Below, piece after piece: positions 49,347-58,827 of a stretch of DNA of 64,000 nt. Position numbers and translations under genes: made by a program. Within the stretch, counting starts at the first letter, position 1. Every line of letters starts with the position of its first letter. Source of the stretch: Hydrurus foetidus (Eukaryota); the NCBI GenBank assembly GCA_900617105.1, contig UYFQ01000001.1:2480001-2544000 (forward strand), read 5' to 3'. The notes beneath the pieces were generated by a model. The model did no database searches. It saw only the letters and a list, made by a program, of their open reading frames with translations, and was not told the origin of the DNA.

Positions 49347-50596
49347 TTCAAACCTTGCCCCGCCCGGGCTCGTCGCGCGATGGGCCAGTCCCACGGTTTG
49401 ACGATTTGCGCAACTTCGCGGGCTGCTGCTTCTACGTGGTCTAGTTCCGAGTCCATCAAACCTGCATTCAGTGTCATGCGCATCATGGCCCGCTTGCTGC
49501 TGGTGGCCGGTGCGCAAAACATAGCCGAGAATACGTTACGCTCCTCAAGCCTGTCGCGCAGCACCATCGTGTCTGGTTCCGTACCAGATTCCAGCGCAAT
49601 AATTTGCTGGCTGCCCTGGTGAATTGGGTAGCCCAAATCTTCAAGGCTTTGGCGCAGTCTCAGGGTGTGAGAGTGCAGTCGCGTGCGTGCCATATCGCTA
49701 TTTTTAATGACTTCAAGAGTTGCCGTCAGCCCAGCAATTTCATGAGGCAACAAACTGGAGCTAAAGATATTAGGAAAACTCGTACAAAAAATGTAATGCC
49801 GAAGATGGGCTGGCGCACTAAAAAATCCGGCTCGCCCTGCGAATGCCTTTGCCAAACTAGCGGTGATGAAATGCACCCGATCGGAAACACCAAGCTCAGC
49901 ACACAGGCCTGACCCTTGAGGCCCGTGCGTTCCCAAAGAGTGTGACTCATCCACCAGAATCATGCACTCGCCTTGCTCAGCTACGTTCACCATTTCAACC
50001 AGCGGACACAACGCGCCTGTGGTGCTGTAGACCGAATCAACCACTACCAAACCTGGCCCGTGCTTGGCAATCATGCGAGCCAAATGGGTCGGATCGTTAT
50101 GTCGAAATGGGATAGAGGGCGCACGCGCTGCGTGCGCACCCTCCCAGAGTGAGGCATGCGCAAGGGTGTCAAGATAAACAGGGGTGCTCGCATCGGCGAT
50201 AGCTTGCAGTAAGCCGACGTTTGCCGTGTATCCGGATTGGCAGATAAATCCGTCGTCTTTGCTGATCCACGCTGCTAAAGCCATCTCTAGCGCGCGCGTG
50301 GGATGTTGATTGAGATGAAACACGCCGGACTGCACAACAAATTCATTTGCTTTGAGCAACGCATCCACTTGCGCCTGCACGATGCTCGGATGGCCCGTGA
50401 TGCCGAGATAGTCATTGCCATCCAGTCGAATTGCGTTGGGCCCCGGCACAACACCGTGCAGGACGAATTTACCGCCCCATTGCTTGTCCCAGCGTGGTGT
50501 GAAATCCCGCGCGATTCTGCTGGAAAGGCGTTTACCCAGTGGCGGATTCGCAAACGGCTTGGTGTCGAGAGATGATTTTTGGTCCAGTGCTTGCAT
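49343..50596 (-). CDS. cqsA: CAI-1/LAI-1-type autoinducer synthase (PLP-dependent AOS family)
   Basis: NDYL, QSGVF, QSGYTANVGLLQ, AHASLWEG, VDSVYSTTG, DESHSLG, SLAKAFAGRAG, FCAPAT; next to cqsS-like kinase. Confidence 0.92.
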   Translation of the reverse strand: MQALDQKSSLDTKPFANPPLGKRLSSRIARDFTPRWDKQWGGKFVLHGVVPGPNAIRLDGNDYLGITGHPSIVQAQVDALLKANEFVVQSGVFHLNQHPTRALEMALAAWISKDDGFICQSGYTANVGLLQAIADASTPVYLDTLAHASLWEGAHAARAPSIPFRHNDPTHLARMIAKHGPGLVVVDSVYSTTGALCPLVEMVNVAEQGECMILVDESHSLGTHGPQGSGLCAELGVSDRVHFITASLAKAFAGRAGFFSAPAHLRHYIFCTSFPNIFSSSLLPHEIAGLTATLEVIKNSDMARTRLHSHTLRLRQSLEDLGYPIHQGSQQIIALESGTEPDTMVLRDRLEERNVFSAMFCAPATSSKRAMMRMTLNAGLMDSELDHVEAAAREVAQIVKPWDWPIARRARAGQGLN

Positions 50597-50664
50597 GATG
50601 AGATTTCTCAGTTGGTTGATCGAATCCCCATTCAATGCGCACACACACCTCGACACGTGCCACC

Positions 50665-50684
50665 CCCTGTCAGAACTGACAGTG
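50665..50684 (-). promoter_or_regulatory. lux-box-like palindrome upstream of cqsA
   Basis: CCCTGTCAGAACTGACAGTG: CTGTCAG-AA-CTGACAG inverted repeat, CTG-N10-CAG, centre about 78 bp before the ATG. Confidence 0.7.
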
Positions 50685-51012
50685 ATTCTGTTAAAAAGCG
50701 TTTCTTTCTTTTTAAATTAGCCTTTTATAGTTAGTTTTTAGAAGCAAAAAATGCGACATTCATGCAAATTTGTTTTTAAATGTTTCTTGAATACCCGGTC
50801 CATTTGGTGCATTTAAAAGTCGTTTGAACGGGCGAACGGGTGCTCGAAAGTCTTCGCATGTGGGTTAGCGGCAGCCCCATTGACAGGTCAGCGATTCCTG
50901 CAGCGTTGCTCGATGAGCTGTATTCGTGCCGTTGCGCAAAAGATGCAAGCGCGGGCTTTCACGACCTATAGTTGGGCGATATTTGCACACCGAACACTTA
51001 TTGGAAACCAAG

Positions 51013-51849
51013 ATGTCCAAGCTATCAGCCGCATGGCAGCCACCCATTTCAAATACCCGAGCCACCAACGAAAAGGGATGTCGAATCAAAAACTTTGACC
51101 CGGCAGCCAAGCCTTATTCCAGCGGCGACAAGGCCAAAGACGTGGCCGACACCCAGGCACTGGCAGACGAACTCGACGCGCTGCAAAACCTGTTTTACGC
51201 CGACAAGCGCTTTAAATTGCTGGTGGTGCTGCAGGGCACCGACACATCCGGCAAGGACGGCACCGTGCGCGGCGTGTTTAACCGCACTACCCCGCTGGGC
51301 GTGCACACGGTGGGCTGGAAAGCGCCTAGCGAGGAAGAGCGCGCGCACGACTATTTGTGGCGCATTCACCAAAAAATGCCGGGCGCGGGCGAAATGATGA
51401 TTTTTAACCGCAGCCACTACGAAGACGTGCTGGTACCACCCGTCAACGGCTGGATCACGCCCGAGCAAACCGCGCAGCGCTTTGCGCAAATCAACGACTT
51501 TGAGCGTTTGCTAACTGAAAACGGCACCGTTATTTTGAAGTTCATGCTGCACATCAGCTCAGACGAGCAAAAGCTGCGCCTGCAAGAACGCATTGACGAC
51601 CCGACCAAGCACTGGAAGTTTTCGCTCGGCGACCTGGACGCCCGCAAGCAGTGGAAGGACTATCAAAAAGCCTACGAGGCACTGCTCAACGCAACCAGCA
51701 CCACATGGGCGCCCTGGACGGTGGTGCCCAGCAATTCGAAAACGCATCGCAACCTGATGATTGCCACGCTGGTGTGTGAGGCGCTTAGAAAGCTCAAGCT
51801 GCGTTTTCCGCAGAGCGATGCGAAACTGGCGGGTTTGAAGATTACTTGA
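51013..51849 (+). CDS. ppk2: Polyphosphate kinase 2 family protein
   Basis: QGTDTSGKDG, HDYLWR, FNRSHYEDVL, FE..L, APW. Confidence 0.92.
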   Translation: MSKLSAAWQPPISNTRATNEKGCRIKNFDPAAKPYSSGDKAKDVADTQALADELDALQNLFYADKRFKLLVVLQGTDTSGKDGTVRGVFNRTTPLGVHTVGWKAPSEEERAHDYLWRIHQKMPGAGEMMIFNRSHYEDVLVPPVNGWITPEQTAQRFAQINDFERLLTENGTVILKFMLHISSDEQKLRLQERIDDPTKHWKFSLGDLDARKQWKDYQKAYEALLNATSTTWAPWTVVPSNSKTHRNLMIATLVCEALRKLKLRFPQSDAKLAGLKIT

Positions 51850-52170
51850 ACTTGCCCGTGTGGTGTAGTTCGGTTTTGCGTTTGCTGGATTGCTGATCTC
51901 GGTACCGCCGCATTTGCGCCACCCATGCTGCGACTTTGTGGCCAGAACGATCCGTTGTGCAACATCAGCCACAGCATCATCGCGTTGACCTTGCTGTGCC
52001 GCGAAACGGCGAACGATTAATTGACGCATTTTCTGCTCTGATAGGCTCGCCCAGCCCGCTGCAAATTGCTATATAAAAAGGAGCTGATTACGCCCGTATT
52101 TCTTGGGCTAACGCCATTTTTATACGCAGATCAGGGCAAAACAAACGTAAGTGCTGATGATTCACCCGAC

Positions 52171-52199
52171 AAAAAAGCGACCACTCAGGTCGCTTTTTT
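52171..52199. terminator. Bidirectional intrinsic terminator
   Basis: AAAAAAGCGACC-ACTCA-GGTCGCTTTTTT between convergent genes. Confidence 0.85.
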
Positions 52200-52226
52200 A
52201 ATGCGCAAGGCGCGAGTTGGCAGCAA

Positions 52227-52955
52227 TCAGTGCCCGCCACCGCCACCCAAATACGCGGCTTTTACCGCCGGATCGTCGCGCAGTTTAGCGGCATCACCAT
52301 GCACTGAAATACGGCCGTTTTCCAGCACGTAGCCGTAGTCGGCCACCTTGAGGGCCGCGGCGGCAAACTGCTCGACCAGCAGCATGGTGACGCCGCGTGA
52401 CTTCAAGTCAGAAATGATGCGAAAAACTTCTTCGACCAAAATTGGCGCCAAGCCCATCGACGGCTCGTCGAGCAAGACGATTTCGGGGTTCAACATCACG
52501 GCGCGCGCCATGGCCAACATTTGCTGCTCGCCACCCGACAGCGTACCGGCCAGCTGGTTGCGCCGCTCTTTGAGGCGGGGGAACAAGTCCATTGCGCGTT
52601 CGAGGTCGCCCGGCACATCGCCTTTGGGGCGGCTGCCGGTCAGGCGCGGGAAAGCGCCCAGCAACAAGTTGTCGGTCACAGACATGGTGGCAAACACGCG
52701 GCGGCCTTCAGGTGAATGCGCCAGGCCTTGCTTGGCAATGGCGTAAGACTCCAGCCCATCAACCCGCTTGCCGTGCAGCGAGATTTCGCCAGAAGTCGGT
52801 TTAATCATGCCCGACACGGCGCGCATGGTGGTGGTTTTGCCTGCGCCGTTCGAGCCAATCAGCGTCACGACTTTGCCTTTGGGCACTTCCATCGAAATGC
52901 CGTGCAGCACTTGCACTTTGCCGTAACCAGCTTCTAGATTTTTAATACTGAGCAT
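52227..52955 (-). CDS. LivF-like ABC ATPase
   Basis: GSNGAGKTT, PEGRRVF, LSGGEQQM, LLDEPS. Confidence 0.93.
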   Translation of the reverse strand: MLSIKNLEAGYGKVQVLHGISMEVPKGKVVTLIGSNGAGKTTTMRAVSGMIKPTSGEISLHGKRVDGLESYAIAKQGLAHSPEGRRVFATMSVTDNLLLGAFPRLTGSRPKGDVPGDLERAMDLFPRLKERRNQLAGTLSGGEQQMLAMARAVMLNPEIVLLDEPSMGLAPILVEEVFRIISDLKSRGVTMLLVEQFAAAALKVADYGYVLENGRISVHGDAAKLRDDPAVKAAYLGGGGGH

Positions 52956-52974
52956 ATTTGTCTTTCCAAAGTGC

Positions 52975-54903
52975 CTAGGCGACCGTACCGCCGAGATAAG
53001 CCTCGATAACTTTTTCATTGGCCTGCACTTCGGCAGGCTTGCCTTCAGCAATTTTTTGGCCGAAGTCCAGCACGGAAACGGTGTCGCACAGCTGCATCAC
53101 CACGTCCATGTGGTGTTCAATCAAAATCAGCGTGATGCCGTGGTCGCGGATTTTGCGAATAATGGTCACCAGCTCTTTGATGTCGGGTGCAGTCAAGCCA
53201 GCAGCGGGCTCGTCAAGCAGCAGCAATTGCGGGTCAAGCGCCAATGCGCGGGCAATCTCTAACAGGCGCTGCTTGCCGTACGGCAAGTTGCGCGCTTCCT
53301 CGAAAGCCAAATCGCCCAAGCCCACAAAGTCAAGCAAGCCCAAGCCGCGTTCGGTGGCAGCTGATTCTTCCCGGTTGTAGCGCGGCGTGTGCAGCGACAC
53401 GTCGAGCACGTTACTGGCAAAGGTGTGGTGCAAACCCACCTGAATGTTTTGCAGCGCAGTCATTTCGCCAAACAGTTGCACGTTTTGAAAGGTGCGCGCA
53501 ATGCCCGACAAAGCAATGTCTGATGACGTACGCCCAACCAGCGAACGGCCAGCAAATTCAAGGCTACCTGCAGTCGGCACATAAATGCCGGTCAGCACGT
53601 TCATCATGGTGCTTTTGCCTGAGCCGTTCGGGCCAATCAGGCCGTGAATCGTGCCGCGCTTGATGCGCAAGTCAACTTGGTTGATGGCTTTCAGGCCGCC
53701 GAATTGCATCAGCACGCCAGTAGCTACAAGCAAGTCTGTGCCTTTTTCGCTGGCGCCAGCGTGCGCCGCTACCATCACCGCGTCTTTGCCAGTTGCCACG
53801 GCAACCCGCGTGCCAGCCGCTGTTTTGCGTGCAAACAGGCCGCGTGCAAAACCAACAATACCGTCTTGCAGGTAGTACACAACGAACAAAATCATCAGGC
53901 CAAAAATACTCAGGCGCCAGTCGGTAATTGACTGCAGCCAAAATGCAAAGCCAGCCAGCGCCATCGTGCCGACCACTGGAATCGCCATGGCCTTGGGGGT
54001 CGTCATCTTTTTGGCAATGCCTACGATAGCTCCGATGAACATCAGTACTGCCAAGGCTGACGCGACCACGCGGAACATCTCGAGGTCATCAAGCAGCTTG
54101 GGCAAAATCACAATGATGGCTGCGCCCAGCAAAGCACCTGATCGCGTCTTGCGGCCACCCATGATGACGGCCAGCAAGAACAACACCGTCAATTCAAAGT
54201 TGTAGGTATTCGGGGAGATGTATTGCTCTGAATAAGCATACAGGCAGCCCGCCAAACCAGCAAAACCGGCGCTGATGACGAACGCGTACACCTTGTAGCG
54301 GTAAACCGATACGCCCATGCAGTCTGATGCGACAGGGCTGCCGCGCAGCGCCTCAAACGCGCGGCCCAGTTGCGACTTCAAAATGCGGTGCACCACCACC
54401 AGCGACAGCACCATGAGTGCAAAGGTCAGCCAGTAAAACTCGTGCTCGCTGAGCTTGTGGCCTGCAATTGATGGCTTGGGGATTTTGATACCCAGTGGGC
54501 CTTCGGTCAAAAAGGTCATCTCGTTGATCAAAATCTGAATGATGGTGCCGAAAGCCAGTGTCACCATGGCCAGATAAGGCCCGGTCACGCGCAGTGCCGG
54601 CAGCGCCAACAATGCACCGAAACCAGCGGTGACCACAATGCTGGCCGGGATGATGACCCACAGCGGCGCGCCCAGTTTTAAAAACAAGACGCCTGCGGTG
54701 TAAGAGCCCACACCAAACAAACCTGAGTGGCCGAGCGACACCTGTCCGGTGTAGCCCACCACGATGTCCAGGCCGTAAAGCAAAATCGCGTAAATCATGA
54801 TCGTGCCGATCATGTGAACGTAGTACGAGTTGCTGGTCAGCAGCGGTGCGGCGGCCAGCAGGCCCAAGCCTAATACCGCTGCAATCAAAGTCTTGCGATT
54901 CAT
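52975..54903 (-). CDS. LivM-LivG fusion (permease + ATPase)
   Basis: GYTGQVSLGH, YLAMVTLAFG; C-terminal GPNGSGKST, ARTFQ, LPYG, LLDEPAAG. Confidence 0.92.
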   Translation of the reverse strand: MNRKTLIAAVLGLGLLAAAPLLTSNSYYVHMIGTIMIYAILLYGLDIVVGYTGQVSLGHSGLFGVGSYTAGVLFLKLGAPLWVIIPASIVVTAGFGALLALPALRVTGPYLAMVTLAFGTIIQILINEMTFLTEGPLGIKIPKPSIAGHKLSEHEFYWLTFALMVLSLVVVHRILKSQLGRAFEALRGSPVASDCMGVSVYRYKVYAFVISAGFAGLAGCLYAYSEQYISPNTYNFELTVLFLLAVIMGGRKTRSGALLGAAIIVILPKLLDDLEMFRVVASALAVLMFIGAIVGIAKKMTTPKAMAIPVVGTMALAGFAFWLQSITDWRLSIFGLMILFVVYYLQDGIVGFARGLFARKTAAGTRVAVATGKDAVMVAAHAGASEKGTDLLVATGVLMQFGGLKAINQVDLRIKRGTIHGLIGPNGSGKSTMMNVLTGIYVPTAGSLEFAGRSLVGRTSSDIALSGIARTFQNVQLFGEMTALQNIQVGLHHTFASNVLDVSLHTPRYNREESAATERGLGLLDFVGLGDLAFEEARNLPYGKQRLLEIARALALDPQLLLLDEPAAGLTAPDIKELVTIIRKIRDHGITLILIEHHMDVVMQLCDTVSVLDFGQKIAEGKPAEVQANEKVIEAYLGGTVA

Positions 54904-54905
54904 CT

Positions 54906-55781
54906 TCAAACTTTCTTGATAGCGGTTTTACCAAACAAGCCAGCCGGCTTGAAGGCCAACACCAACAGCAGCAGCACCAGGCCCGGCACGTCTTTGTAGC
55001 CGGTTGAAATGTAAAAGCCGGTGGTGGTTTCGGCCACACCCAAAATAATGCCGCCCACAATAATGCCCATACCACTGGTCAGCCCGCCAATGATGGCCAC
55101 AGCAAACGCTTTAAGCCCCAGCACAGCGCCCATGGTGGCACCTGTCAGCGTTAGCGGTGCAATCAGCGCGCCCGCAAAGCCAGCCGTGGCTGACGACAAG
55201 GCATACGAAAAGGTAATGACCAAGCCGGTGTTGATACCCATCAGTTTGGCTGCGTCGCGGTCGTTAAACGTGGCGACCACGGCTTTGCCGTAGATGGTTT
55301 TGCGGTTGAAAAACTCCACGGCGAGCATCATCACTACAGCGCCGACCACCACCAAAATTTCCATCGGCAAAATATTGGCGCCGAACAGTTTGATAGGCGA
55401 CTCTGGCAGCGGTGACGGAAACTTCAAGTCGTCACGGCCCCAAATGTTTTCCGCCACATTTTTAAAAATAATGCCGAGCGCAATGGTCGACATGATCCAG
55501 CCGAACTCGCTTTTAATCTTGATGGCGGGCCGCACGCCAATGCGCTCAACAAAACCGCCCTGCAGCAACCCGAACACAATCACCAGCGGCAGCATGAGCC
55601 AGTAGTTCACACCCATGTTGACCAATGTGAGACCCACCATGGCGCCCAGCATCAGTGCGTCGCCCTGGCCAAAATTCAGCGTGTCTGATGTCTGAAACGT
55701 GAGCTGATAACCAAACGCGATCACGGCGTAGATCATGCCCAGCGCGATACCGCTGTAGACGAGTTGAAGCAGGATTTCCAT
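54906..55781 (-). CDS. LivH-like permease
   Basis: LNFGQG, AAKLMGIN, KAFAVAIIGG. Confidence 0.92.
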   Translation of the reverse strand: MEILLQLVYSGIALGMIYAVIAFGYQLTFQTSDTLNFGQGDALMLGAMVGLTLVNMGVNYWLMLPLVIVFGLLQGGFVERIGVRPAIKIKSEFGWIMSTIALGIIFKNVAENIWGRDDLKFPSPLPESPIKLFGANILPMEILVVVGAVVMMLAVEFFNRKTIYGKAVVATFNDRDAAKLMGINTGLVITFSYALSSATAGFAGALIAPLTLTGATMGAVLGLKAFAVAIIGGLTSGMGIIVGGIILGVAETTTGFYISTGYKDVPGLVLLLLVLAFKPAGLFGKTAIKKV

Positions 55782-55848
55782 ACAAGCACTTTCACTAAAA
55801 ATTCAAGATTTGCCCAGCGGCACGCGCCAGAAATGAACAAGCTTAGGC

Positions 55849-55887
55849 AAAAAAACACCGCACAGGTTCTTTAAAACCTGCGCGGTG
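55849..55887 (-). terminator. Hairpin/terminator after the binding-protein gene
   Basis: CACCGCACAGGTT..AACCTGCGCGGTG stem with an adjacent A run (U run on the minus strand). Confidence 0.6.
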
Positions 55888-55914
55888 CGCTGCGCTTTTT
55901 ATAGCACCTGGAGA

Positions 55915-57117
55915 TTACTTCTTGACGCGAACTTCAGATGCTTTTTGCTGGTCAGCTGGGTAGGCATACACCACGCGCTGGCCCTTGACTTCACCAAACA
56001 CCGGAATGTTGGCGGTAATGGCTTCGTGGTCTTTGGCAGAAAACGGCTTGGTGTAGGTAGTGACCACGCCGACCACGGGGGTCTTCAAGTCTTCCAGTGC
56101 CAAGCGGATTTTGGAGCCATCGGTTGAGTTGGCTTGCTTGATGGCGGCTGCCAGCAGGTAAACCGAGTCGTAGCCTTGCGCTGCCGACACTGGCGAGTCA
56201 ATACGCGCGTTTTTCGGGTTAAAGGTTTTCAGATAGTTGATGATGAACGACTGGCGCTGTGGGGTGGTGGGTTCTTGAATGAAGGTTTGCGGCATGCGCG
56301 CGCCTTCACCGCCTGGGCCAGCGTTGTCAATGTAGTTGGCCATCGACAATGTCCAGCTGCCAATCATCGGGACTTTCCAGCCCAGCTTGGTCATGCCGTT
56401 GGCGATTTGAGCCAGCTCAGGGCCAATGCCGTAGGTCAGCACGACTTCAGCGCCGGCTTCTTTGGCTTTGAGCAACTGGGCGGTCATGTCGACGTCTTTG
56501 ATGTTGAACTTTTCAACGGCAACCGGCTTGATGCCCTTCGCAGTCAAGGCGGCTTCCAGGTCTGCGCGTCCTAATTGGCCGTAGTTGGTGGAGTCAGCCA
56601 AAATGGCGACCTTTTTGTAGCCCTTGCGAGTAATCGCTTCTTCAACAATCATCGGCGCTTGAATGCTGTCGTGCGCAGCGTTGCGGAAAATGTAGTTTTC
56701 AGCTTGCTCAGGGAACTGCTTGGTAACGATGGAGCCGGTGGCTACGTTATTCATGACCGGAATCTTGGCTTCCTGGAAAAAGCGCTGCGAAGCCAGCGCC
56801 ACGCCAGTGTTGATGTAGCCCACTGCCGCGGTTACTTTTTCTTTGCTGATCAGCTCTTGGGCGATTTGCACACCGCGCTCGTTTTTGGCTTCGTCGTCGC
56901 GCTCAACCAGCAAAATCTGACGGCCCAGTACGCCGCCTGCTTTGTTAATTTCAGCAGTTGCGAGGCGAACGCCGTCGCGCATGCTTACGCCCATCGATGA
57001 AGAGCCGCCCGTGAACGGACCGGCCACGCCGATTTTGATCGGGTCATTTGCGGCGGCCAAACCAGCAAAACTCAAAACCGCTGACGCAATGGCCAGCTTT
57101 GCAAAATGTGTTGTCAT
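55915..57117 (-). CDS. LivK-like periplasmic substrate-binding protein
   Basis: Signal peptide, IKIG..GPFTG, EIN..GGVLG, QGYDSV. Confidence 0.92.
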   Translation of the reverse strand: MTTHFAKLAIASAVLSFAGLAAANDPIKIGVAGPFTGGSSSMGVSMRDGVRLATAEINKAGGVLGRQILLVERDDEAKNERGVQIAQELISKEKVTAAVGYINTGVALASQRFFQEAKIPVMNNVATGSIVTKQFPEQAENYIFRNAAHDSIQAPMIVEEAITRKGYKKVAILADSTNYGQLGRADLEAALTAKGIKPVAVEKFNIKDVDMTAQLLKAKEAGAEVVLTYGIGPELAQIANGMTKLGWKVPMIGSWTLSMANYIDNAGPGGEGARMPQTFIQEPTTPQRQSFIINYLKTFNPKNARIDSPVSAAQGYDSVYLLAAAIKQANSTDGSKIRLALEDLKTPVVGVVTTYTKPFSAKDHEAITANIPVFGEVKGQRVVYAYPADQQKASEVRVKK

Positions 57118-57440
57118 GTTGTCTCCAAAAAAGAGTGGGTAAAAAGGCAGCGCAAAACAGGAACGTTCGCGATTTTGATACGGGCTGAAAAGTTAAGTTC
57201 TACGTTCGCAGCACAGTCCAGCCACTGAATTTAACGCATCAGCGCGCATCTTGTCTAACTGCTCTCAGCAATCTGACAGCAATGATCAGTAGCAACCCGT
57301 ACAACCAACCACCGGTTTTGCAAAACAGGTGGTTTTAAGAAGGGTTAACCCGCGCTTTGCAGGCGCTTGCGTTCAAGGCTTGAAGCCGATCAGCGCTGAA
57401 CGCTTAACGACGACCTTGCATTTAAATCACTTCAAAAAAC

Positions 57441-57465
57441 AAAAAAGCGGCCATTTAGGCCGCTT
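57441..57465 (-). terminator. Intrinsic terminator after the small ORF
   Basis: AAAAAAGCGGCC-ATTTA-GGCCGCTT. Confidence 0.7.
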
Positions 57466-57504
57466 GGGGTGCGCGTGGGCTGCGGGTGCGACACACCGCA
57501 AAAA

Positions 57505-57669
57505 TCACCCGCCTTTTTTAGGCCGCTTGCCGGGGTTCTTTTTGCTGCGAGTCGCGGTACCGCGCTCAAGGCTGACTTTTTGGCCGCGGCCGGTGGTGGT
57601 GGTAAAGCCGTTAGGCGGCACAGGCTTGGGGGCGCAGATGTCAGCTTCGACTCTGATTTTTTTAGGCAT
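57505..57669 (-). CDS. Small basic protein, 54 aa
   Basis: ATG preceded by GGAG on the minus strand, own terminator; MPKKIRVEAD...RSKKNPGKRPKKGG. Confidence 0.6.
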   Translation of the reverse strand: MPKKIRVEADICAPKPVPPNGFTTTTGRGQKVSLERGTATRSKKNPGKRPKKGG

Positions 57670-58047
57670 GAAGAACTCCGGGTTAAAAAACGAATGCCAT
57701 ATTTTAAGCCACACCGGCGCGGCTCGATCAGCTACGCAACTTTCCAGAAAATACACTCGGTTCAATACATAACAGTAGCTTCAGAGGTCACAACGGCGTT
57801 GCCATCGATCAGCTGCGACGGCAATCTGGCGGGGTTGCTGCAACACTACCGAAAGTTGGAGGCCGCGAATCAAGCGTTACCGACGCAAAACAGACTTGCA
57901 GACTTGGCACGTGCTCAAAACAGTGGCTTACCGGATGGCCGCCTAGTGGTATTACCCGGTAGTGCGATAGGGTGACGTTCGATACCATGTGGTTAAGTGT
58001 AGGCAAGATTCGGCTGCCTTCACTCTATATTTTTGCTGGAGAATTTT

Positions 58048-58827
58048 GTGTCAGCTAAGTTCATTCTTGAAACGCGCGGCCTGACTAAAGAATTCAAAGG
58101 GTTCATTGCAGTCAACCATGTTGATTTAAGAGTTCGACGGGGACACATACACGCACTGATTGGGCCGAATGGCGCTGGAAAAACCACGTTTTTTAACCTG
58201 CTGACCAAGTTTTTACCCCCCACCAGCGGCAGCATCACCTTCAACAGCGTGGACATCACCCACGAAAAGCCTGCCCAGACCGCGCGGCGCGGCGTTGTTC
58301 GGTCGTTCCAGATTTCAGCGGTGTTCCCCCACCTGACTGTTTTGGAAAATGTGCGCGCGGCGTTGCAACGCGACTTGGGCACGTCATTTCATTTTTGGAA
58401 ACCAGAGAAGTCTTTATTTCATCTGCATAAGCGCGCACTTGAGATTCTCGATCTGGTAGACCTCGCAAGCTTTGCTCATGAAGTAACTATCAACTTACCG
58501 TACGGCCGCAAGCGCGCCCTTGAGCTGGCCACCACGCTGGCGCTGGAGCCTGAGTTGATGCTGCTGGACGAGCCCACGCAAGGCATGGGTCACGAAGACG
58601 TGGGCCGCGTCACTCAGCTGATTAAAAAAGTATCTGCTGGCCGCACGATATTGATGGTGGAGCACAACATGGGTGTGGTGTCGTCAATTGCAGACCGAAT
58701 CACGGTGCTGCAACGCGGCTCAATCATTGCGGATGGCCCCTACGATGAAGTCTCTAACAATCCGCTGGTTGTTGAAGCCTACATGGGTTCGTCCAACACA
58801 GACCTTACGGGCGCACACCAGGCATGA
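58048..58827 (+). CDS. LivG-like ABC ATPase
   Basis: GPNGAGKTT, RSFQ, LPYGRKR, LLDEPT; GTG start after GGAGA. Confidence 0.92.
   Translation: MSAKFILETRGLTKEFKGFIAVNHVDLRVRRGHIHALIGPNGAGKTTFFNLLTKFLPPTSGSITFNSVDITHEKPAQTARRGVVRSFQISAVFPHLTVLENVRAALQRDLGTSFHFWKPEKSLFHLHKRALEILDLVDLASFAHEVTINLPYGRKRALELATTLALEPELMLLDEPTQGMGHEDVGRVTQLIKKVSAGRTILMVEHNMGVVSSIADRITVLQRGSIIADGPYDEVSNNPLVVEAYMGSSNTDLTGAHQA

Larger units (their letters stand above)
4087..52108. repeat. Dispersed 41-bp repeat family, 11 copies (span given; not contiguous)
   Basis: Consensus GCTAY-N7-RKAGC-TGCTYGCGCCCGTA-N5-TGGGC at 4087, 9031, 10870, 25630, 33365, 36347, 38321, 41299, 43244, 45345 and 52068. Confidence 0.85.

Noticed and set aside
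49343..50596. Biotin synthesis BioF or Kbl assignment
   Set aside because: Same fold, but QSGVF, SLAKAFAGRAG and FCAPAT motifs plus the adjacent CqsS-type kinase favour CqsA
57329..57975. Plus-strand ORFs of 147 and 168 aa in the intergenic region
   Set aside because: No recognisable motifs; they cross a terminator and lie antisense to the better-supported small ORF
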